Shown piece after piece: positions 50,725 through 64,000 of a DNA stretch of 64,000 nt (position 1 is its first letter; every line of letters starts with the position of its first letter). Source of the DNA: Camelus ferus (Eukaryota). The stretch spans positions 26,786,001 through 26,850,000 of the forward strand of contig NC_045696.1 in the NCBI RefSeq assembly GCF_009834535.1, in the 5' to 3' direction. Under the pieces are notes generated by a model that did not search any database, was not told where the DNA came from, and saw nothing but the letters and a program-made list of their open reading frames with translations. Made by a program: the position numbers and the translations under genes.

Positions 50725-50995
50725 CTCCCTAATAGCACCTACTAAGTGTTAGGCACTGGAATCAGAGTTTTATATACACTGTTCCGTTTCATCCTTACAG
50801 TAGTCCTGCACGTTTGGTTTTCTCATCCCCATTTTTTGTTCGACAATAGGAAGACAAAAAGATGATTGTTATTTTGCCCTGTTTCTCAAATCTTAGGATG
50901 TTTGTTATTTTGCCTTGAGTCTCAAATCTTATAAATGGTAAAGGTAAGATTTGGGCCTATTTCTAAAGTCCATATTATTTTAAGCAAAGCACTTC
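50725..50995 (-). mobile_element. MIR with an internal ~36-bp tandem duplication
   Basis: agcacctactaagtgttaggcactg...catccccatttt; ttgttattttgcc.tg..tctcaaatctta occurs twice at ~50865-50930. Confidence 0.7.
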
Positions 50996-51359
50996 TGCCT
51001 TTCAAGGTCCAGGAATGTATGAAATATGTGCTTTCTGAAAACTCATTTTCTTTTTTATTTGAGTATTTATTGGGCCTTTTCTGTCACTCTTATTTTCAAA
51101 GCTTCTTTTGAAAAGCTGTAGCCTTGTTTCAGCTAAATACAGGGGAAAATAATTTTCTTTCTCAATCAAGACTGGAGTGTGCTCACATGCCCTGTGCCTT
51201 TTGCAAAATGTGTCTTTGGGAGGCCCAGATTCCTCACATGTATGTCCACGGGGTTGACCTGGAGATCCTGAAAGTCTGTGATGTTTCCTCTACTGGTGTT
51301 TTTGAGAGTGTTCTGTCTCAGAACCTTGAGAAGTCAGGGAAACTGGGGATAGAAAGGGG

Positions 51360-51810
51360 AAAACTCAGGGGGGAGACTGCGGAAAACCACAAACGTGATC
51401 CCTTCCTGACTTCAGTTTTCCTTCACAGTTGGTATTCATTTGATTCGACCCCTCCAATCCCGAAGGACAGAGTGTTCCAAAAACAGCATCAGTGACCACT
51501 CTGGCCGACACATCAGGAAGAGGAGGGAGGGGAAAGTGCATACATAAATAATGTAACAGTGGAACTGGGCCATTTTCTGGCCTTCGGGGGCCACTAGAGA
51601 TTGCCAACCTGGACCACACAGGGCTCCCGGGGTTGTAAGAAAGCAAACCACAACATGGTGTCCACTTGAAGCCTTTCACCACAGCATGGCGGGCAGGCGC
51701 TGACTAACCACACTCCGACGTGGCCCAGCACCGCCTGCCTGGCCTCCGGAATCCCAGCTGCACTCTTCACTCTGGGGTGGGTTCAGGAACCCTCTGGGTC
51801 TACGGCTCCC
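51360..51810. promoter_or_regulatory. Candidate enhancer/promoter (CpG-retaining, RUNX/ETS motifs)
   Basis: About 14 CpG in ~440 bp against a depleted background; three AACCACA; cttcctg, caggaag, ccggaa. Confidence 0.45.
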
Positions 51811-53423
51811 CAAGGCCAGTCTGAGGATTTGTGTCCATCAATGTCAGAGTTCTCAGGAGTCTGCTGAAAGTCACAAGAGTGCTACACAAAAGAAAGACTG
51901 TTTTCTCCATGAAGTTCAATTTACTCATGTGAAGGACTGTCCTTTATTCTGTTTTTTTCAACTTTTCCAATTTTAAGTGCCCTTTCTCTTATGAAATTAT
52001 AGTGATATAAACGGTAGGTTTTGTATGTTGTTTTTTTTTTTATGTTCTTTGCTTGGCAACACGGTATTAGGTCCCAGACTCATTTCTTAAAATTCACTGA
52101 TCCGTGACATTGAATGTGGTGGGCACTATTGTCTTAAGGTGTGCAGGGGGGTGGGGGATGAAACCTCTGGGATCTCCTGCTCCACAAATGAGGCTGCAAC
52201 ACTTACACCCGAAGGAAGGAAACTTCCAAACCATCTGGAAGGTTCGGAGATTTGAGTCATTTGCCCAATTTTCATGTTTTGGGATCTCATTTTATCTCTA
52301 CTGTTCAACTGTGACTCAGCAGGCTGAGAGGAAAGCTCCGTTTGTCAGTACTAAAAGTATAAAATTTTTAAAATGTCAAAGACTTATCTAGAGATACTCA
52401 AATCTAATTTTTAAACCTTGATAAAATGGAACGCTGTTCTTTTCTTTCTTTTCACTTTGAAGAATGCTCTTGATATTCAATACAACCTAAGTTTACTGGG
52501 TACTAGTTAATATAGGTAGGAATAGGAGATCACTGATAACCAAGTTACCAGGTTATAAGCACATACTACATGCCAATCAGTTTTTCACGTATTTTCTTCC
52601 AACCTCACATCATAATTTGAAAGGACAGAGAAGTGCCCCTTAAAGTGATAGTGTAAAGTGATAGAATTAAGAAGGGTTTTGGCATCCAACACATCTGACT
52701 ACGAACCCTAGCTCGATGGCCTTGGATAACTAATTGAAGTTCTTCCTCACTTATAAATAAACAGTGGTAAGTTATGGAGTTACTGCAAGAAATACACAGT
52801 GTAACAGGTGTAAAGTATCCCACCTACTGCTTGGTACGTAGGAGGAGCTCAGCATGTCTCTAGACAGCTTTATCAAGTTTATGATTCTTGTAAGTAGCAG
52901 AGCTGAGAGCTCCAGTCTCTGGCTCACAGTCTATGATGCTTGCAATACAGCAAGAGTCACCCATTCATCGAGCAGGCTGAGCTCAGTGGGGCATAAACCA
53001 GCCATTGTTGAGGTTTTTTTCCATCCTACTACGTTTAAATATTCTGTCAAAGCTCCCTCTCTCCTCTCCTAACGGTGTCTCAGGGAGGTTCCACGGCATT
53101 AGACTCACAGATATAAAAATGGCCAGCAAATTCAGTCTGGTCAGTTTAAAGCCTCGATATATCCTCTTCAGACTGTGACCTTGCATTCCCTCTACTGCCA
53201 CATCAATTTTTATGAGACTTAACTTTTACAGTCAAATTGTGACATACCCTCCCTGGTCTGATCAGCCTGCTGTCCAGGTGTGGAGACATTCAGACAACGC
53301 TCTGAGGACGAAGAGGAGGTAGAAGATGAGCTTGGACTATAATTGCACTTTATTCCTGCTGACTTGGCTCTGTGTCTGTCAAAATGTATTTTTTTCCTCT
53401 TCTCTAATACTAAAAAACAGGCT

Positions 53424-53993
53424 TGTATTTGTTATCTATTCTGTGTACCACAAACACGCGCCACAAACATGGAGCTTAAAACAAAACACATTATCTCACA
53501 ATTTCGGTGGGTCGGAAGTCAGGCATGACTTAACCAGATTCTCTAATAGGGTCTCCCAAGTCTTCATTCAGTGTGTCTGCTGGGTCTGCAAGCTCATCTG
53601 AGGCTCCACTGGGAATGGATGCGCTTTTGTTAGCAGAATCCACTTCCTCGTGGCCTTATGACTGAGGGCTTCAGTTTCCTGCTGCCCTCCTCTCTCTAGA
53701 GGCTGTCTGCATCTTGCCACATGAGCCTCCCAACACAGGTAGCCCATAACAAGACTGCTCGCTTCCAGCAAGGGAGTAAGAGACTCCAGCAAGATGGGTG
53801 CTGGAATCTTATGTAATGTGTCACGTAATTACACACATGTAATCACATGTGTCCTGGCAACTTTGCCACATTCTATTGTTTATAAGCAAGCCACAGGAAA
53901 GAAGTAAGTCACAAACGAGGGGGAGGACTCCAAAAGGGAGTGAGGATCAGGCGGTGGGGCCCATGGGAGGGCTTCTGGAGTCTATAGGCTACA
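53424..53993 (-). mobile_element. MaLR solo LTR (MLT1E/F-like)
   Basis: TG...CA ends; TSD aggct/agggt; ctcatctgaggctccactgg, ttgccacattctattg. Confidence 0.85.
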
Positions 53994-56274
53994 AGGGTGT
54001 ATCATTGAAATATAAGGGTCCATTTATCTCTAGTGAAAGTGTGAGCTGAAAAGAAACTCAGAGATCCCCACTGAACTATACATAGCAATTCTGGGGAGAG
54101 CAGGAATCACAGAACAGCAGAGAAACCAGCTACTTACAATAAGTCACTCTATATTCATATTAAACCTTGCCTCTGAGCTCATGGAGTTTTATTCTCTTCT
54201 CACGGGAGGGACTTTCTGTCCTGAGTGACTGGGAGAGATTGCAGTATTTTTGATCAGTACTGGGTGTTCATGAATATTTGATAGTTTCATTTTATTACTT
54301 GAAGTGAACGTCTGGTAAGGAGTGGAGTTAGGGATAAGGATAGATTTAAGAACATCATAAGGAGACATCTACTTCTTAATCATATGAAGGTCATTATCAC
54401 AAACCAAGGAGTATATATCAGTTATCATATATGCAGAATTAAGTATAAGAGTGCTCACCCTCTTTGGGAAAATTAGTACTTTTTTCATGCTGGGGACTAT
54501 TTTTCTTTTGGCTACTAATGTGGCAACTCTTCTATTCCATCTTTAGAATTTTTCTACCTGTCTCCCCACGTCTTATATAGCCCTGGTTTTCTCTGAGTCT
54601 ACTTCTACTACTAAGACAACATACTTTTTCTAAGGTGATTTGACTACCTAGCGCTTATCTGAATTTAGGGAAGTTTGTATATTTCTACCTTTTAGAAGTT
54701 CTTAAAGAATCCTTTAGATAAGTGCACATTTTCCAATAAATACGGTTATTTAAATAAATATTTTAATTTAACTTTGCTTTTGTTCATTTAAAGACTTTTT
54801 TAAATAAATAAAACCATAAATCAGAAAAATAAAATTATTTTGGCAGAATAACACACCAATTCTTGCTTCAAAAAATGCATTCTCCATATTTTGTGATGAC
54901 TTGCCCTATCTAATTACACAAAAATTTTTATTTCATTTTTCCACTTCTTATTGTACATACTTCTGACTGCAGATCTTTAAGTCCTAAGGTTTAAAATAAA
55001 GAACTGGCTCATAATACCACATTCAAACTTTCTCACCCACAAATTTATATAAAATAATATATATAAATGACTACACAAATGTTACTAAACTATTATATTT
55101 TTTCAGAATGAGGGATTTCTTTGAAATACCTGAGATCTTAAGAAAATAATACTAACCATAAGAATGCAATATGTGAGGATCAAAAAATAAGAGTGCCCTT
55201 GCACTTGGAGCATTTATTTTTTGTTTGTTTAAAGTAAAAAGTTTGATGTGATGTGTTTTTAATTTGTGTTGCTTCAAATTCCACTTTTAGTAGCTCAGCC
55301 CTGACTTCTCTGTTAAATCTGAATATTTCATTTTATTGTTCAATGATAAAAGGATTTAAAAAATAACCACTTGAAAGAAGACAGAAGCTCCATGAGCATC
55401 TGGTTTAATTTATAGCTCTTGTTCATTACCCACATAGGAAAATCTCAGAACATATGTGACAAAGGCTTCTGAGAAGAAACCTTTAACCTGAACCTTAATT
55501 CAATATTCTGGAGTTACGAACTAAAGTTGTTCAAAGTCAGCAATAACTTTCTGCACAGCTATCTTTTAAATGTGGCAGAAGTCTACTATGTTAACTTTAC
55601 CTACAGCTATCTTCTTAATGTAGTGGAATACTTTGGACACTGACTAGCAAAATATAAGTATCCAGGGACATAGAAAACATTACAATTTTTATCTGATTTG
55701 ATTTCTATCCAAATTCATTTTCCCCCAAATTATATGTCATCGATATAAAGATTAAAAGCACAAAATCAGTCTTGAGTCACCATATTCTGGTAACAAACAG
55801 TTTAAGAGAAGAATTAAGGCAAGACAAAAAAAAAAAAAAACAACAAAAAACCTACACAAAATTCCTAACTGCCTTCAGGCAGAGCAAAGGCAAAATACCG
55901 GTGGTGTGGGTGGCCAGGAGTGCTTCTGTCCTGGTATTCAGTGCAGTATGTTCTGTGGCATGTTATACATCCCCCAAGCTTTCTGACTTCCTATAATTAA
56001 GGCACACATCCTACAAAATCCAGTACTAAATCTCCAATCCAGCTATCCAGTTATATAGAAAACAATTAGATAAATAGAGAGATGGCTAGAAAGATACATA
56101 TGTGTGTGTGTGTGGATGTGCATGTATGTCAATTTGTCAATTACTGAATGGTAGCCCGCAAAAGAGTATTATTATTATTATTTTTAAAGCAAAAGAAAAA
56201 AATTAACAAGAAAAAACCTTCCTTGCTATGGTTTAACATTATGTTTTAAATCCATTCTGTGCGAATAGGTGTGA

Positions 56275-56376
56275 ATATATATTTCTCTTTATGTCTTTAT
56301 ATATTTGTATCTATCTACCTGTCCATATATGTTTATATATTTATTTACATGGACATATATCTTTATATCTTAACAT

Positions 56377-56414
<38 letters not shown>

Positions 56415-56415
56415 C
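56275..56415. repeat. (TA)n/(CA)n low-complexity tract
   Basis: acacacacacacacatatatatatatatatatat with degenerate TA-rich sequence upstream. Confidence 0.85.
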
Positions 56416-56789
56416 TGAATAGATGTGTCTGTATAGTAAGATAGAGGTGTTTTTAAAAGTAACCAAATAAAATAAATTTTATATTTTGAGGAAAAAAATA
56501 TTATCCTATTAAATCATTTGTATTTTGAGTAAAATAGTAAATACAATCTCAGTTAGATTTGAAATATTATCAGAAGGCTGTTTGTAATTGAAATGCTGTA
56601 TCACAGACATCAATGGTACTGCCACCCATGACCAATTTCCTGGAGCAATCACAGCTTCTCCCAACTCACCAAAACGTGATTACTGCAGTTGTTTTAAAAT
56701 TCTCACATCATCCCACCACTCTGGTCACAGTCTATTCATTTAGGAATGGGAAGCAGACACAGGCTGAACCAGTTAATCTATCCCCAGAT

Positions 56790-57055
56790 TTTAGAACTTT
56801 AAATTCATAGAGTTAACATCAAGGGTTTTTTTCCCTGCCATTTGAAATAAAAGTCAGTTTGCAGTGACAGAGTATGAAGCTAATGTGCGAAGAGAAGAAA
56901 AAAGAAAAAGATTGTTCTAAGTTTCCGCTGCAACCTTACACGTTCTTAAGTTCATTGTTTAACTCTCTCTTGGATTCTATCAGAAATAAATTCTTCCTTT
57001 ACCAAAATCCATTTAAGATGCCTTCCTATTATTTACAATCAAAGAAATCATGAAA
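56790..57055 (+). mobile_element. Old MaLR/LTR16-like LTR 3' part
   Basis: aataaattcttcctttacc...ccatttaag...atttacaatcaaagaa terminal pattern. Confidence 0.45.
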
Positions 57056-58147
57056 GATAATGATAGTCCCTGCTTGTAAGCACCGCCTTGCTATTTCGCT
57101 AGTGTAATCCCTGTTTATCCTCTAAATTTCAGCTTTGACCACCATTCATTTAGGAAGTCTTTTCCAAACTGCTAAGTGTGGGTTAATTTGATTCTCTACA
57201 TGCCAGATCCTGTACTGTTCCTATAATTCTGATTATCACTCAGTATTATAATTGCCTCTTTGTTTTTCTTTATCTCATCTAAATACATTGAAACGGGGAC
57301 CATAACGATTACACCTACTGTGTTTTCCCAATGCATAGCAAACCACAAGGGACATAAAAGACAATAATTGTTTAATGAAAGAAGCATTAAAGGAAAGAAT
57401 AAGAGAAAAGATGTTTGATTTTATATTGACTTCCTCCAATTTATGATTTTTTTTAAATTGTCAATCAAAATTTTAATGCAAAGCACAGACTACCAATTAA
57501 TATGTTATATTACCATTACTAATAACACCGATTTTCCAAGTGGAAGTAAATGATATGTTAACTTTACATATAGCAGTTTCAAATATTATCCTTTTTATAA
57601 ATGACACAATTAAAAATGTTGGTAATATAGCTCTGCAGTACAATCTTAGTTTCTTTGTTTTAAAACCCCCCAAGCAATTCTCTCTAAACAACAATACCTA
57701 TATGGTAAGAATAAAAATTTCCTTTGTCTGAAAACCAAAACATAATTTGTGTCTCCTAAGTGTTAGGGAGCTAACTCAAAAAAAGTTGTATGCTTTGTTT
57801 TCCAAGAAAAACAAAACTTTTTTATGAACTGAACAAAGGATACTCAGTTCACAGGAGACTAACAGTTGTTCCCGACACCCGGGAGAAGCTGCCCTTTCAG
57901 TGAACAGTTTGTCTTGATATGAAGCCAAGGAAAACTCTTGTACTTAAAATCTTTGTCTGAAATATTTCATATATTTAGACATTTTTCTAAACACTTTTAG
58001 TGTTTTCAGTATACTATTTGAGGTTTTGTTTATGGTGATTCTTGGGAAATGTCTTTATAAACAAAGGATCGTGAAGGACGCTTCTCAGTTGTATAATCTA
58101 ATACCATGTCCTGATTCTCTCTGTATTTTTTTAGCTCTCTTTCCTTA

Positions 58148-58262
58148 TTTTTTTTTAAATTGAAGTATAATTGGTTTACAATGTTGTGTCAGTTTCTGGT
58201 GAGCAGCATAATGTTTCACTCATACATATACATACATATATTCCTTCTTATATTCTTTTTTT
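58148..58262 (-). mobile_element. Severely 5'-truncated L1 3' tail
   Basis: Antisense of the L1 tail seen at 15670-15780 and 22247-22361 (ttgaagtata...tttacaatgttgtgtcagtttctggtg). Confidence 0.88.
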
Positions 58263-59029
58263 AAAATGTTGCCCACATTTCTACCTACATTTGTGTACCT
58301 AGCGATTTGATAATATTCTTCTTTTGTTCACTATTAATTACTCACAGAGTACAATTAGACATCCATGTTTAAGCAAAGAATAATAATCTGTTATGATTTT
58401 TCCAATGTAATATTTTCATTAAACAAGTCAAGGTGGAGTTGAAATATTGACTACCTAGATTTACTCACACTAACCTAAACAGTAAGACTCATACTCCAGT
58501 TATCCTGGCACAAGGCTTTATATATACATGACTTGTCTCCTGCCAATATCCATGGGGATACTATAAAAATGTTAATTTAGTCCACAAATCACATTAATAT
58601 ATTTGGAAAAATTGAACTGTGTATGTCAATGTAATGTAGGCCTGCGTGGCCTATTTACACAGGGTAGATTTAGGATACAATGCTAAAACTATAGCAGAGA
58701 GGATATTTTTCACTTATTGATTTATTTATCTATCTATTTAATATAATACGCTTTTGCAGGCCACTATTCAGCAACTGACAAAGGACGGCTATTGTACTTG
58801 AATAAACCCATCCTTCTTTAGAATTTAGACTAAGGACACTTTTTTGGCAAAATTCCATACTTTGATCAGGAGATGAGTGGAACCCTTGGTCCCTTGTAGG
58901 ACTGATGGGACATGCCTGGAACCCTGCTTCCCTTGCTCACAGCCACTCCATCATCCCCTGCCAGTGACCATCAGGACTCATCTCACTAAGCCCTCATCTG
59001 TATCCACGACAGTCACCACATACACACCA

Positions 59030-61985
59030 ATCCCAGGTTAACCCAAATCCACCGGATGCTAATCCACATAAGACTCTGCACATCTTCTTTTCTAACTCCA
59101 TCTCCTCCTCTTCCCACTTACTAAAACCCTCTCAGTGTGCCTGCTGGGACTTAAGATCAAATCTCCTCTAAATTCAAATTCTTCTCATTATCATCCCTTT
59201 TTCTTTATGCTCTAGGGAAAACATTTACCTTTACTGAGGACACAGATATCCCTGTAGCCCCCTAAAATGATGGCTGTTTTTCTCTGATGTTCTTAGTACC
59301 ACTGGGCAGAAGGATTGGGTAGGTGTCCTCATTACTACCCTTTACAATCCCAGGTTTTGTATTTCATGTCATTAAATTGCACCTTTTACCATCCCACTTT
59401 GTAGCATGATTTACTACATCAACCCCACCCCACTCCAACTTTATACTTTGAAAATTATAGATTCTTGGCCCATGGTCACTCATTCTTCTCGTAATTCTTA
59501 GTGAATTCAAATTGATGAATTTATCCTTTCATTGTCCTAAACTCTCAGTTCCTTGATCTTTTCCCCTCTAGTGCTCCCCATTCTGCCATAGCCACTCAGT
59601 CACAAGCACGTGGTCATTTCTTTGAACCTCTCATCACTAATAACTGTAATTGTTCCATAATATCAATCTCCAATAGTGCACTAATACACTAAGTCTTTGA
59701 AACTCACCATTTCACATGACAACACTAACCCCAATATTCCTTTTACCCTACCTCCAATCTTTGGATACCACCAACTTTTCAGTACCCTCATCTCCATCTT
59801 GTCCTCTCTTCCTCGGCTTTAATTAGATGGCCAATCATGGTAATTACTCCTTTGAATATATTCTCAATTTCCTTTCCCTGTTTGTTTTCGAGTACTTGTA
59901 TAGCTAAGCCACAGCCCTGGTTATATCCAATCCTCCATGTATGAATGCCAGAACCCATGCTGTTGTACATAGTGAAGAAAAGTAAAACAAAACAAAATCA
60001 AAGCATGTACAAATTGTGCAGAATTATGTTAGTTTAAATATATAGCCACAGACCTCCAATACTTCCAGGAAATCATTGAACATATTTCTGGTACATTTCC
60101 TTGCCTTTTCTGCTATTTTAGAGCTTCTCCTCTCAAGCCTCTGACAATCCTCATTCCTACCTATTGACCCTGTGTATTAGTCTGAGTTATCCACAGAACA
60201 GAACCAATAGCATATATGTAAGCATATTTATTATAAGGAACTGGCTCATACAATTATGGAAGCTGAGAAGCCCTCAGATCTGCAGTCAGAAAACTAGAGA
60301 CCTAGCAGAGCTCCTGATATGATAGTCCTAGTCCCAGTCTGAGTTTGGTCCTGGAGGCAGGAGAAGACAAGTGCCTTAAGCTTGAAGATAATCAGGAAGA
60401 GAATGAAAATTCTTTCTTACTCAGCCTTATATTTGATTCAGGCCTTTGATAGATTAGAGGAGGCCCACTCACATCAGGGAGAGCAACCTGCTTTACCCAG
60501 TCTCCCAATTCAAATGTTAATCTCATCTACAAACACTCTCACAGACACATGCAGAAATAATGCTTAGCCAATTTCTGGGAACCCCGCGGCCCAGTCAAGA
60601 TGACACATAAAATTAACCATGACAGTTTGTTTCCTCCTTCACTGACAAAGCAGAAACAAACAAGCAAGCAAGCAAACAAAAAAACCTACAAAATTCTACC
60701 ACAACATTGGCTCAAGACTTTGTCCAAGAAAACTCTCCCTTTATTCTTGTCACATTTGGATGCTATGTGTGCTATAAACTTAGGCAAAACCTTGCAATTG
60801 TACAATAAATCCTATCTACCCTTGAATTCTGAAAGGCATTGCTTCAGCAATTTTCTCTGCTTTTTATTCAGTCATGTCTTTTCTCTCTAAAGTGGTTCAT
60901 TCTCATCCTCACTTAAACATACAGTTATTTCTTTCTTAAAATAATAAAACAAACTAAACTCTTTTAATCCCCTTTCCACGCCAGTATTTGAACTTTCACA
61001 CCATTTTTGTTCTTTAAAGCCGAAGTTGTTAATCACTGTCTCCAATTTCTCTCCTCCCAGTTTCTCTTAAATCTACCCTAATAAGTTTCTGCCCCTACTG
61101 CTGTACTAAACGTTCTCCACATAGACAAATCCTACTTTTTTCTTTAAGTTACTGGCAACATCTCCCTTCAGGGACTCAGGCCACAAACCCTGGAGTCATC
61201 CTTAGTTTCCCTCTTTCTTTCCTTCCCCATATATCCAGAGGATAGCTATTTCTCTCCTCTTTCCTTCTACCACTCCCTCCAGATTCCCAAAACTCACTCT
61301 CTCTTGCCTAAACTTTAGCAAAAGCCTCCCAGATAGTCACCTTGTTTCTTCTCTTGCTCTCTTCAGAAAAGTCTCAATGCAACCTACTGAAAATACCTGA
61401 TTAACTTCCAATTTACTCAAGAGTGAAAGGTAAAGTGGACCCCCAAACTGCTGATCACGTGGACTTCTACAAGGTCCTCTGTGCTCCATCTCCACCAGCC
61501 ACTCCTGACCCCCTGCTTTTCTCATTCACCTCACTCTAGACATGCTGGCCCTGCTCCCTTGAACTTGCTGAACCCTCTTTTACCTCTAGATCTTCACATT
61601 TGTTCTTTCTTCATCGAGAGCACCCTCCAGTTGCCAATACAACTAGCTCCCTCATTCCCATCAGATTCCTATTTGAAAATTACCTTCTAAATCTGCCCTT
61701 CTTTAGATATCACATTTAAAATTTTAACACATTCCTCTTCTTCTCCACAGTCTTATTCTCTACTTACTTTCTTTCTTAAGTACTCATCACCATCTAATAT
61801 ACTCTATGTATTTTCTTCTTCATTGTGCTTCTTATCTATCTTCCCCACTAGAAATAAAGTCTCCAGTGGTGCAAAGGGAATTTTGTGTGTGTTGTGTTGG
61901 CTGTGTTAGCCCCATAACCTAGCAGTGTAGTAGAGATACTCAGTAGCTGCTTGCTGAACGTCCTATTGGATGAGAGAGTGAACAA
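59030..61985 (+). mobile_element. Long LINE-2 (L2a-like), interrupted by an MLT2 LTR
   Basis: Pyrimidine-rich L2 body (ctcagttccttgatct, aaaccctggagtcatcctt, cttccccactagaa...cctagcagtg...atactcagta tail). Confidence 0.75.
60173..60624 (-). mobile_element. ERVL LTR (MLT2B-like)
   Basis: tgtattagtc...acagaaccaatag, ttattataaggaactggctca, cccagtcaagatgacacataaaattaaccatgaca. Confidence 0.92.
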
Positions 61986-62141
61986 CCAATGTTAAGATGG
62001 TACCTGACTTTTGTTTGAGGAAGCCACTGAAAAGAAAAGGAAGAGACCCATTTTACTCCTTTCAGTCCTCCATATAGAAATGTATCATTCAAATAGCTTA
62101 GGAAGCACCTACTGTCCTAAAACAAATAAAAAACTACAAAT

Positions 62142-62315
62142 CAGTGTTTTTCAAAGGTTTATGAGGAAAAGAATCACTGCTTCTTAAAAACACAGGCTGC
62201 CTTGCCCTATCCCCAAAGAATCTGCTTCAGTGGGTCTGTGAAAGACTCACTGGAATTTGCATTTTTAACAAGCACCCCATTGATTTTAATACAGTTCTTT
62301 AAGAAAATGCTGTAG
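62142..62315 (-). mobile_element. MER5-like hAT MITE
   Basis: cagtgtttttcaaa...agaatcact...tctgcttcagtgggtctg...ggaatttgcatttttaacaagcacccc. Confidence 0.75.
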
Positions 62316-63194
62316 ATTCAGAAGTGATTCAGATTGAATGACTCATGTAAATGTAGAGCTGAGAGAAAATTCTTCATTATAGTTAACATGCTGAGTCAAA
62401 GAAAATGGGTCTGTTCTGCATCTTTGGTGTACATTCTTCTCTGGAGAGAGGTGAAAGTAGAACAGCAATTTGGAAAACATACTACAAAGACTCGGCTTGT
62501 ATTCATCCTCAGGGGATATGAAGATCTGGCCTTTAAAAATAAGATCTATGCCAAAGCTTTTATATAGAACAACTGTTGCTTTAAAATTTTTATTTCTAAG
62601 CACTATGGAAAACTTCAACTTACTGGCAACAGAAAAGGTTTCTTGGTTCCTCGTGCCTATGAAGAGCTAATTCTAGTCAGATGTGCAGCATCCTATTCAT
62701 AGAGAATAATTCTCTTATCTTGGATCAATAAAAACTGGGCTCATGACAATCTTCTTCATAATTGTGACACTCAGTTCTTCTCATTTCTGCCTGATGGTCT
62801 ATGGACTTCTGCCTGTAGCAGTGATACTTTATTGGGTGCTTCATTCTTAATTATCTAACTCTAATAGATGGCATTGTAATAGATGTTGTCTCATCCATTC
62901 AGAACTGTCCTCCAGCTTGAAAAGAAACAGTAAAGAAGAGATTTCTTAATTACATTCCACATTCTCACTCATTAATTGAACTTTCTTTCAAATAACCATA
63001 AATCAACTAATGTGGTATATATTGCAGATAAATTAACAAATGCCCATATAACAGAATGTGTCTATCAAGAGGAATTTACCCATTTGTGATCAGTTCTGTT
63101 TATCACCAGTATTTGAGGATTAGAGCCTATTAATATTAAAAAAGGAAAGCAGATTTATTATTTTCTTTTATTCTTTATAAATGTGTTAACAATG

Positions 63195-64000
63195 TGTTAA
63201 GAAGCAAGAATCTACAGAAAAGAGAGAATCACAATTGGAAATGCAATAACTACAATGAATAGCAAAAGAACAAAGAAAAATGTAAAAGAGGACATCAAAA
63301 TCATAAAGTAAGGGAGAGGGGAGAAAGAAAATGTATTTTTTTTTCTGCTTGGAATGTGTCTGAGGTTATATGATTACCAGTCTAAAGAAGTAGATAAAGT
63401 AATGGTAGTAACATACTTGAGAAACAGGGTAACCACAAATCAAAAACATACAATAGAATCACAGAAACCTAAAAGAAAAGAAACTAAGCATAATACAAAA
63501 GAAAATCATCTAGCCAAAAAAGGAACAACAAGAAAAAAAAAAGGAACAAAGAAGAAACACAAAATTAACTGGAATACAGAGTTTAAAATGGCAATAAGCA
63601 CATACCTATCTACAATTACAGTAAATGTCACTGGACTAAATGTTCCAATCACAAGACACAGAGTAGCAGATTGGATAGTAAAATAAGAGCCTACAACATG
63701 CTGCCTACAAAAGACTAACTTTAGGGTGAAGGACACACATAGATTGAAAGTGAGAGAATAGAAAAAGATATTTCATGCATATGGAAATGACAAGAAAGTG
63801 GGGGTAGCAATACTCATATCAGACAAAATAGACTTTAAAACAAAGGCCATAAAGAAAGATAAAGAATGAGACTATAGAATGATAAAAAGGATATTATGCT
63901 TGTTAATATATATGCACCCAACATAGGAGCACCTAACTACATAAAAGAAATGCTAACAGACATGAAGGGAGATATTAATGGGACTACAATAATAGGAGAC
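63195..64000 (+). mobile_element. L1 inter-ORF region and disrupted ORF2 endonuclease domain (runs off the window)
   Basis: ATG at 63588: MAISTYLSTITVNVTGLNVPITRHRVADWIVK*, then GVAILISDKIDFKTK and NIYAPNIGAP, with stops and a deletion. Confidence 0.93.

Noticed and set aside
51588..51606. CTCF-like ggccactagagattgcc
   Set aside because: Lacks the GGC 3' core of the motif.
63354..63686. 110-aa lysine-rich ORF
   Set aside because: A-rich L1 spacer read in frame into the ORF2 start, ending at a premature stop.
1..64000. CRISPR array, rRNA, operon or other prokaryotic-type system
   Set aside because: The sequence is mammalian repeat-rich DNA with no regularly spaced repeats or dense ORFs.

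Overview
AT-rich, CpG-depleted mammalian genomic DNA, most likely camelid (alpaca, vicuna, llama or camel). That assignment rests on two tRNA-Ala(AGC)-derived Vic-1-type SINEs and cetartiodactyl-type L1 3' ends. I recognise no host protein-coding gene: the only ORFs with real protein identity are LINE-1 ORF2 fragments (14962-15429, 63588 onward) and a decayed ORF1, so the window is intronic or intergenic. It is dense in interspersed repeats: L1, L2, MIR, MaLR/ERVL LTRs, six ERV1-class solo LTRs with 4-bp TSDs (some imperfect), and hAT and Tigger MITEs. The most notable items are (i) an apparent LF-SINE relic at ~27010-27295, an ancient family whose surviving mammalian copies are often exapted, (ii) a MER41-like solo LTR that keeps one intact STAT GAS site and lies in a 2-kb cluster of three independent solo LTRs, and (iii) several non-repetitive islands with enhancer-like motif clusters and exon-shaped segments. 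Repeat family names come from my recollection of consensus sequences, not from a search, so subfamily labels and ragged boundaries are approximate. I found no evidence for a new multi-gene system.
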